A DNA stretch of 64,000 nt from Candidatus Saccharimonadota bacterium (GTDB taxonomy: Bacteria; Patescibacteriota; Saccharimonadia; Saccharimonadales; AQU-01), in assembly GCA_018499905.2 (NCBI GenBank), contig JAHBAU020000005.1, forward strand, positions 2,136-66,135, written 5' to 3'. Under the pieces are notes generated by a model, which was not told the origin of the DNA, made no database searches, and saw only the letters and a program-made list of their open reading frames with translations. Below, in pieces: positions 58,362-64,000 of the stretch (position 1 is its first letter; each line of letters begins with the position of its first letter). A program made the translations under genes and the position numbers.

Positions 58362-58378
58362 TCTCAGCTTTATCTCAG
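58362..58378 (+). promoter_or_regulatory. OmpR-type tandem box (TCTCAG-N5-TCTCAG)
   Basis: Perfect 11-bp periodic repeat at the -35 position, upstream of TATAAT. Confidence 0.6.
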
Positions 58379-58435
58379 ACAACTAACTATAATTAGTGTA
58401 GTATTAAGAAGTTAATAAGCGAGGGCTCTAACAAA

Positions 58436-58993
58436 GTGCAACCAGAAAAATCTAATCGAAATCAGAAAATTATTGCGTCGTTAGCCATTTTTGCAGCAAT
58501 GGCCATCATCGTCTTTGGGGTCAGCGCCTTTTCGGGCGATTCAGGGTCTGATAGCTCGGTCGCAACAGCTACCGAAACCGAAACAACTTTGTCTGAACAG
58601 ACCAGCACTACACCCACAACGACCGAGGAAACAACTACCACGCCCGCTAATCCACCGGCAGCTTCTACCGTATCACCGCCTGCCGCTGCCACAACAAAGT
58701 ACAAAAACGGCACCTACACCGCCACCGGCAGCTATAGCACGCCGGAAAGCACCGAAACAATTAGTATCAGCCTGACCGTAGAAAACGATGTAGTGACGGC
58801 GACTTCTGCACAAAACACTGCCAAAGACCGCGAATCAAAAGAATATCAAGCAGATTTCATCAGCGGTTATAAAGCCCAGGTTATCGGCAAGGCGCTAGCC
58901 AGCCTTAATTTGGGAAATGTTTCCGGATCGTCACTAACTCCTATAGGATTTAATAATGCAGTCGCCAAAATCCGCACCCAGGCTCAGTCCTGA
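58436..58993 (+). CDS. extracytoplasmic FMN-binding (flavinylated) protein
   Basis: TM, Thr-rich linker, YKNGTYTATGSY, VSGSSLT flavinylation-type motif. Confidence 0.8.
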   Translation: MQPEKSNRNQKIIASLAIFAAMAIIVFGVSAFSGDSGSDSSVATATETETTLSEQTSTTPTTTEETTTTPANPPAASTVSPPAAATTKYKNGTYTATGSYSTPESTETISISLTVENDVVTATSAQNTAKDRESKEYQADFISGYKAQVIGKALASLNLGNVSGSSLTPIGFNNAVAKIRTQAQS

Positions 58994-59855
58994 TCAATCA
59001 GTTTTAACGTTTGAAGCCATTGGTACACAGTGGAAGATTGAGTTGGATGCGCTTCCTAAAAAGGCTCTGAACAATCTATTCAAAGTTATCAAGGCCAGAA
59101 TTGCTGAGTTTGACAAAGTCTATTCCCGGTTTCGCAAAGATTCGCTTGTGGCTGACATGGCGCGCCGGGCGGGCGAATACGAATTGCCAGCAGACGCCGA
59201 GCCAATGATAAAGCTATATGACAAACTGTACGCAGTGACCGACGGGCGTATGACGCCAGCCATTGGTGATGTGTTGGAAGCGGCCGGGTACGATGCCGAC
59301 TATAGCCTGAAACCAGGCGAGGTTGAATCGCCACCAGCCTGGCCAGACGTGGCGACCTACAAACCGCCAATGCTAACACTAAACCAACCTGTTTGTTTAG
59401 ATTTCGGCGCCGCTGGTAAAGGCTATCTGGTGGATATTATTGCCGACTTACTTACAGATACTGAAGGCGTTGAGCAATTTTGCATCAATGCCGGCGGTGA
59501 CATTGTCTGCCGTGGCCCCGAACCAACCCGCATCGCCTTAGAGCATCCTGAGCATCCGGCACTGGGTATTGGCGTGGTGACCATAACCAACATGAGCCTG
59601 TGTGGCTCGGCGGGTAATCGGCGGCAGTGGAGCGGCTATCATCACGTGATTGACCCAATAAAACTTGTATCGCCCAACCATCGCAAAGCAGTCTGGGTTG
59701 TGGCCGAGAATGGTTTGTTGGCCGATGGTTTGAGTACGGCACTGTATTTTGTTGAACCGGCAGAACTAGCCAAGCATTTTACGTTTGAATACGCTATTGT
59801 TAATGAAGACATGTCACTCAACTATTCACCAAATTTTCCGGCGGAGTTTTTCTAA
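58956..59855 (+). CDS. apbE: FAD:protein FMN transferase
   Basis: AIGT, YSRFRKDS, LDFGAAGKGYLVD, NAGGD, HHVIDP, ADGLSTAL. Confidence 0.92.
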   Translation: MQSPKSAPRLSPDQSVLTFEAIGTQWKIELDALPKKALNNLFKVIKARIAEFDKVYSRFRKDSLVADMARRAGEYELPADAEPMIKLYDKLYAVTDGRMTPAIGDVLEAAGYDADYSLKPGEVESPPAWPDVATYKPPMLTLNQPVCLDFGAAGKGYLVDIIADLLTDTEGVEQFCINAGGDIVCRGPEPTRIALEHPEHPALGIGVVTITNMSLCGSAGNRRQWSGYHHVIDPIKLVSPNHRKAVWVVAENGLLADGLSTALYFVEPAELAKHFTFEYAIVNEDMSLNYSPNFPAEFF

Positions 59856-61376
59856 ATGAACCCGCTGAAGGCCGTTGACGAACTGCTCAACAGCATCACA
59901 ATGTATCGATTATTGGTATATGCCCTGAGTAGCCTGGCGTTGATTGCAATTGTCTTTTCGTTTACCGGCGTGTTAACGCTGTCGGGCCCAGGTCTCAGCT
60001 TGTCATTGAGTACGCTGCTAGTTGTCTGCTTTGCGGTCAACTGGGCGCTTGCAAAGGTTTGGCGGGCGATGCCCTCAACCGAGTCATGGCTCATTACGGC
60101 ACTCATCTTGTTCTTTATATTACCGCCGACGAACACTGCTGCCCGTTTCTTAGGTTTAGTCGGTGTGGGCATACTGGCGATGGCTTCCAAGTATCTGTTA
60201 GCCTTCCGCCGAAAGCATATTTTTAATCCGGCAGCGATTGCGCTGGTTATTGGCAGTTTGCTGGAAATCAGCTCGGCTATCTGGTGGGTTGGTAATAAAA
60301 CAATGTTTCCGCTGCTAGCATTTGTCGGCATTTTAATCCTTAGAAAACTGCGCCATGTCACCCTGGCGTTGGTTTTCGTCGCTGCTACGCTCATTACGGT
60401 AGTTTTATTTAACTTAGACAGTGATTTAGGTCTTAGCTCCGTGCTGCAAACCGCAGTTATGTCGTCACCGCTCGTATTCTTGGGTGCAATCATGCTGACC
60501 GAACCGGCTACCATGCCGTCAACCAAAGGTTGGCGGCTTGTCTTTGCAGCGCTGGTCGGCGTGGTGTCAGTCGCCGAGGTGAGTATTTTAGACCGGTCAA
60601 TCACAGCAGAAATGGCACTTGTGGCAGGCAACGCGCTAGCCTTTATGGTCAGTCCGCGTTACAAAACGATTCTGGAGTTTGTGCGGCGTCAGCCAGTTGC
60701 ACCGGGCAGTACCGTGTACGACTACGTCTTTAAATCATCAGAAAAGCTGGCATTTCAACCAGGGCAATACATGGAGCTGACACTGCCACACACTAAGCCT
60801 GATACGCGTGGCAATCGCCGGGTCTTTACCATTGCCTCATCGCCAACAGAAAACGATGTCCATTTTGGCATCAAAATTAACGAGCAGACGAGCAGTTTTA
60901 AGCGTGCCTTGCAAACACTCGTGCCAGGACAGAAACTTATTGGCGGCCAAATTGCCGGTGGCTTTGTGCTGTCCAAGAAAACTGAGGAAAAGCTACTGAT
61001 GATCGCTGGTGGGATTGGTGTTACACCGTTTCGAAGTATGGCCAAACACCTGATTGATAGTAACGAGTCACGTGACGCGGTGCTGTTTTATATGATTGCT
61101 AGTCCAAGCGAGCTAGCCTTTAAAGATGTGTTTACCGAAGCTGGCAGCCATGGGCTTAAAACGATGCCGGTATTATCAGGTGAAGCCCCACAAGATTGGA
61201 AGGGCATGACCGGACCACTGTCTGCTGACGATTTTCAAAAAGTTGTGCCAGACCTCAAACATAGGCGCGTCTATATCTCCGGCCCGCCGGGAATGGTTGA
61301 TGCCTATAAGAAAATCCTGGTACGGGCAGGCGTGCCACGCACCAGGATTGTTACCGATCACTTTTCAGGCTACTAA
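59856..61376 (+). CDS. RnfD/NqrB-like membrane domain fused to an FNR-type FAD/NAD(P)-binding domain
   Basis: SKY..KHIFNPAA, MLTEPAT; FQPGQY, RVFTIASSP, AGGIGVTPF, YISGPPGMV. Confidence 0.88.
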   Translation: MNPLKAVDELLNSITMYRLLVYALSSLALIAIVFSFTGVLTLSGPGLSLSLSTLLVVCFAVNWALAKVWRAMPSTESWLITALILFFILPPTNTAARFLGLVGVGILAMASKYLLAFRRKHIFNPAAIALVIGSLLEISSAIWWVGNKTMFPLLAFVGILILRKLRHVTLALVFVAATLITVVLFNLDSDLGLSSVLQTAVMSSPLVFLGAIMLTEPATMPSTKGWRLVFAALVGVVSVAEVSILDRSITAEMALVAGNALAFMVSPRYKTILEFVRRQPVAPGSTVYDYVFKSSEKLAFQPGQYMELTLPHTKPDTRGNRRVFTIASSPTENDVHFGIKINEQTSSFKRALQTLVPGQKLIGGQIAGGFVLSKKTEEKLLMIAGGIGVTPFRSMAKHLIDSNESRDAVLFYMIASPSELAFKDVFTEAGSHGLKTMPVLSGEAPQDWKGMTGPLSADDFQKVVPDLKHRRVYISGPPGMVDAYKKILVRAGVPRTRIVTDHFSGY

Positions 61377-61378
61377 AT

Positions 61379-61502
61379 CAGACATCGCGCGTCCAGCACC
61401 TTTTCGGCGAAAAACTTCGGTTCGCTCTCACCGTACCGTAAAGTACGGCTCGATTACGATCCTCGCTTTTCATCCGAAAATGCACTAAACGCGCGATGTC
61501 TG
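61379..61502. repeat. 124-bp palindromic REP/MITE-like element
   Basis: 14-bp terminal IR CAGACATCGCGCGT/ACGCGCGATGTCTG; nested TTTTCGG/CCGAAAA and CCGTAC/GTACGG. Confidence 0.7.
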
Positions 61503-61514
61503 CGGTCTCTACTA

Positions 61515-62051
61515 TTACTTCGTAAACCGCATGTGGAACACGCCCATGATGACGAGTAGGGCCATCATGCTGGCGCCAGCTAGAGAAATCCAGGCGGCTG
61601 CATGGGCTAGCTCACCAAATGTCCAGAAGGCATAACCATCACCGAGCAAAAGTCCGCGCAGTGTCTCACCCTGGAACAGCAATTCCTTTTGCGTCTTCAG
61701 TGTCTGGTTGGTAGGGTCTTTTCGTGCTTCGGCACTGACCTCAGAGTATGTCTTGCCGCCAGCGATATCTTCTAGGTGTCGGCCGATATAACCATTGGCA
61801 TAAGCCTTGGCCTTAATGCCATCGTCAACCTGTTGTCCGGCGTATTTCTGAAGGTCCGGGTACTCATTAGGATCCAATTCAGACGGGAAATAAATTTTTT
61901 GGGCTGATAATTCATTACGTACGTTATCTTTGGCGAACTGTCCGCCCCACCAGGCAACTACGCCAACTGCTAGTAGCACCGCAGTCGACACTGTTCCTAG
62001 CAAAACTAATACGGCGTCGACAGTGCGACGATCTACTTTACTCTTTGCCAT
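61515..62051 (-). CDS. conserved 2-TM hypothetical protein
   Basis: LSAQKIYFP, YAGQQVD, AKAYA, LFQGETLRGLLL. Confidence 0.7.
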   Translation of the reverse strand: MAKSKVDRRTVDAVLVLLGTVSTAVLLAVGVVAWWGGQFAKDNVRNELSAQKIYFPSELDPNEYPDLQKYAGQQVDDGIKAKAYANGYIGRHLEDIAGGKTYSEVSAEARKDPTNQTLKTQKELLFQGETLRGLLLGDGYAFWTFGELAHAAAWISLAGASMMALLVIMGVFHMRFTK

Positions 62052-62123
62052 ATCTATACCCTCTCTATTAAGGCTTATGCTTGTATGAACATCATTATAT
62101 GACTATTGGCAAGAATCATCCAC

Positions 62124-62155
62124 AAAAAAACAGCCCCTTCGGTAAGAAGGAGCTG
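62124..62155 (-). terminator. intrinsic terminator of the RRM gene
   Basis: CAGCTCCTTC/GAAGGGGCTG then T7. Confidence 0.75.
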
Positions 62156-62178
62156 CTTGAAGGTGCTTTAGCGGTAAA

Positions 62179-62475
62179 TTACCAGCTTCGGCCACCGCCG
62201 TTGCCACCAAAATCGCGGCGCGGACGGTCTTCACGGGGGCGAGCTTCGTTGACCGTAATGCTACGGCCACCCATGTCGCTACCGTTCAGAGCTTTTTCGG
62301 CAGCCTTGCCTTCGTCGTCGTTTTCAAACTCGACAAAGCCAAAACCTTTGCTGCGGCCGGTGTCGCGGTCTTTGACGACCACAGCGCTGGCAACAGTACC
62401 GTGCTGGCTGAATGCTTGAGCCAACTCTTCATCAGTGGTGCTAAAAGGCAATCCACCTACAAACAATTTGTACAT
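62179..62475 (-). CDS. RRM RNA-binding protein
   Basis: RNP2 LFVGGL, RNP1 KGFGFVEF, VNEARPR, Gly-rich tail. Confidence 0.95.
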   Translation of the reverse strand: MYKLFVGGLPFSTTDEELAQAFSQHGTVASAVVVKDRDTGRSKGFGFVEFENDDEGKAAEKALNGSDMGGRSITVNEARPREDRPRRDFGGNGGGRSW

Positions 62476-62694
62476 TTAATCTCTTCTTTCCATAATTTAT
62501 GGCGCAGTACGACCTTCCTTACTATCTCTGCCATAGATTGTGGATCGAACGTACATTCAGGGTTGACCGAGAACATACTTGTTTTGACACTTTCATACGC
62601 ACAAGAACAGATAAGACCTGCTTAAGCATCATTTAAACACATACTGAGTAAAATCACAAGTAACAGCGCTGTGTAAGGTAATTGCAAAATAATG

Positions 62695-62722
62695 TTGACA
62701 AAAAAGCATAAGCATGTATAAT
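62695..62722 (+). promoter_or_regulatory. consensus sigma70 promoter
   Basis: TTGACA-16 nt-TATAAT. Confidence 0.75.
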
Positions 62723-62780
62723 AATACGTGTTAGTGATCACAAACAAACAGCCAAAAATAAATCAAAAGGAAACAACACG

Positions 62781-62873
62781 ATGTCATTTTTAAAAAGCGG
62801 TTTAGCCTTCGAACTTATCCCAAGCAGCAATGCAACGATAGCCGAAATAGACACTTTGCTTGATCAGTTGTAA
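62781..62873 (+). CDS. 30-aa microprotein MSFLKSGLAFELIPSSNATIAEIDTLLDQL
   Basis: Promoter, AAAGGA RBS, double TAA stop, terminator. Confidence 0.6.
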   Translation: MSFLKSGLAFELIPSSNATIAEIDTLLDQL

Positions 62874-62898
62874 TAACTACTCACTGCACTAACAGATG

Positions 62899-62931
62899 AA
62901 AGAGCCTGAATCTTACGAGCAGGCTCTTTTT
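62899..62931 (+). terminator. intrinsic terminator
   Basis: AAAGAGCCTG / CAGGCTCTTTTT. Confidence 0.8.
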
Positions 62932-62966
62932 AGTCACGCGGATGTATCGTATAGTCTGGCATCAAG

Positions 62967-63560
62967 ATGAGACAGCCAATTCTACTAGAAGCGGGACTAG
63001 AGCTCAATATGGTATACAGACGAGCTGCACGTTTCTTTCCAGAGTATGTTCATGGCGCAACACTTGCGGTTCCTGTACTCCAAGTGGAGTTTATGAATCA
63101 TGTTGCAGCAGTTAATGATCGCCACGAGGGCTTGCCTATGGCTTTACGAGAAGCCGACAGGCTACAGCTATGTGAATCAGCTGCAGAGCTCGAAGCTGCA
63201 ATCAGAGGTGCAGATAGTCTAGGAATTGCCGTGAGGACTGATCAGAGTGGATACACTAACCACGATCGGCTAGTTGCCGAGTACGGTTCGCCAAGAGTCA
63301 CGGAAGATATTGATGTCTTACGATTTACTCAAGATGCAGTCACGGGCGCTATTGTCCAGCCGCGCCACACAGTACAAGATGATACGTATGACCCGCAAAT
63401 TAATTTACGAGTTATGTCTGATCACGACCCACTCCTGACAGCCCGAGGTGATGATGGTCAGTTTAGGCAGGTGCCCAGTCCTGGCAGGTGGTACAAGTTT
63501 CCGCTCGATGCAGTACTGGTTGCGGGTATAGGCTACCGTGAGACTGGTCAACAGATATAA
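62967..63560 (+). CDS. hypothetical protein
   Basis: 197-aa ORF, TATAGT upstream; no motif recognised. Confidence 0.55.
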   Translation: MRQPILLEAGLELNMVYRRAARFFPEYVHGATLAVPVLQVEFMNHVAAVNDRHEGLPMALREADRLQLCESAAELEAAIRGADSLGIAVRTDQSGYTNHDRLVAEYGSPRVTEDIDVLRFTQDAVTGAIVQPRHTVQDDTYDPQINLRVMSDHDPLLTARGDDGQFRQVPSPGRWYKFPLDAVLVAGIGYRETGQQI

Positions 63561-63654
63561 ATCGTGGTATATTGAACCCCGTTATTAGCCCTTGAAGCAC
63601 ACAAAGGGAACAGAGTAACCGGAGCAAAACCGTAGGTTTGTCTCCAAAAAACTT

Positions 63655-63731
63655 GGCAGGGTAGCTCAGTTGGTTAGAGCACAGGACTCATAAGCCTGGG
63701 GTCGCGAGTTCAAATCTCGCCCCTGCTACCA
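63655..63731 (+). tRNA. tRNA with CAT anticodon, most likely elongator tRNA-Met
   Basis: GGCAGGGTAGCTCAGTTGGTTAGAGCACAGGACTCATAAGCCTGGGGTCGCGAGTTCAAATCTCGCCCCTGCTACCA. Confidence 0.88.
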
Positions 63732-63989
63732 AATAAAAAACCTTCCTTTCGGGAAGGTTTTTTATTTGGTCATCGGCTGATTGTGTTCGTGACCCCAGTG
63801 GCGGTCGCAGAATTTTGTCAAATCTATTGATTTGTACAAAATATAGCGATGGCAGAACTAGTAGCGCAAGCGGATAGTTATGTCATCTAAGCGTTCGTTC
63901 AAATCTCGCCCCTGCTACCAAACAAAGAACCTTCCTTTTGCGGAGGGTTTTTTGTTTGGTGAGAGTGATTGGTCGCGACCCCAGTGGCG
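63708..63989 (+). repeat. tandem ~189-bp repeat of tRNA-Met 3' end plus terminator
   Basis: 26-bp identity 63708-63733 vs 63897-63922; duplicated terminator; GACCCCAGTGGCG at 63791 and 63977. Confidence 0.85.
63732..63766 (+). terminator. terminator after tRNA-Met
   Basis: AAAAAACCTTCC-TTTCG-GGAAGGTTTTTT. Confidence 0.85.
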
Positions 63990-64000
63990 CATGGCTCTGG

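Noticed and set aside
59852..60631. 259-aa antisense ORF and many other shadow ORFs in the track
   Set aside because: Lie opposite well-supported genes and lack motifs or start signals
63708..63989. CRISPR array
   Set aside because: Only two units, the repeat is a tRNA 3' end, spacing is ~189 bp and no cas genes are present

Overview
Bacterial chromosomal window (code 11). Gene content, small-gene mosaic and promoter style suggest a Patescibacteria/CPR genome, most likely Saccharibacteria (inference; no rRNA in the window). Housekeeping genes include mscL, murC, dus, a DivIC/FtsB-type gene, an ABC exporter and an OmpR-type two-component system. There is also a long run of small accessory genes (NUDIX, SDR, hydrolases, MFS), thiol-redox modules and an FMN-bind/ApbE/RnfD-FNR module. 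All three CAU-anticodon tRNAs are present (Ile2, fMet, elongator Met). Highlights: (1) a ~6.5-kb AT-rich island (46809-53266) integrated at the 3' end of tRNA-fMet and bounded by a TGGTAGC repeat. The att core lies inside the large serine recombinase gene, so excision would replace an 11-aa tRNA-derived tail with a 29-aa tail encoded at the far end of the island. Cargo includes an OLD-like ATPase-TOPRIM nuclease, a HEPN protein and a structured leader RNA. (2) A translationally coupled operon (CysRS/MshC-like putative ligase, Asp/Glu racemase, proline iminopeptidase) behind a 29-aa leader peptide with a full attenuator layout. (3) Widespread leaderless-type promoters and an initiator tRNA lacking one of the three G-C anticodon-stem pairs. 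(4) An unannotated 30-aa microprotein transcription unit and a ~189-bp tandem repeat of the tRNA-Met 3' end. No CRISPR, rRNA or IS transposase was seen. All family calls come from motif recognition by eye.
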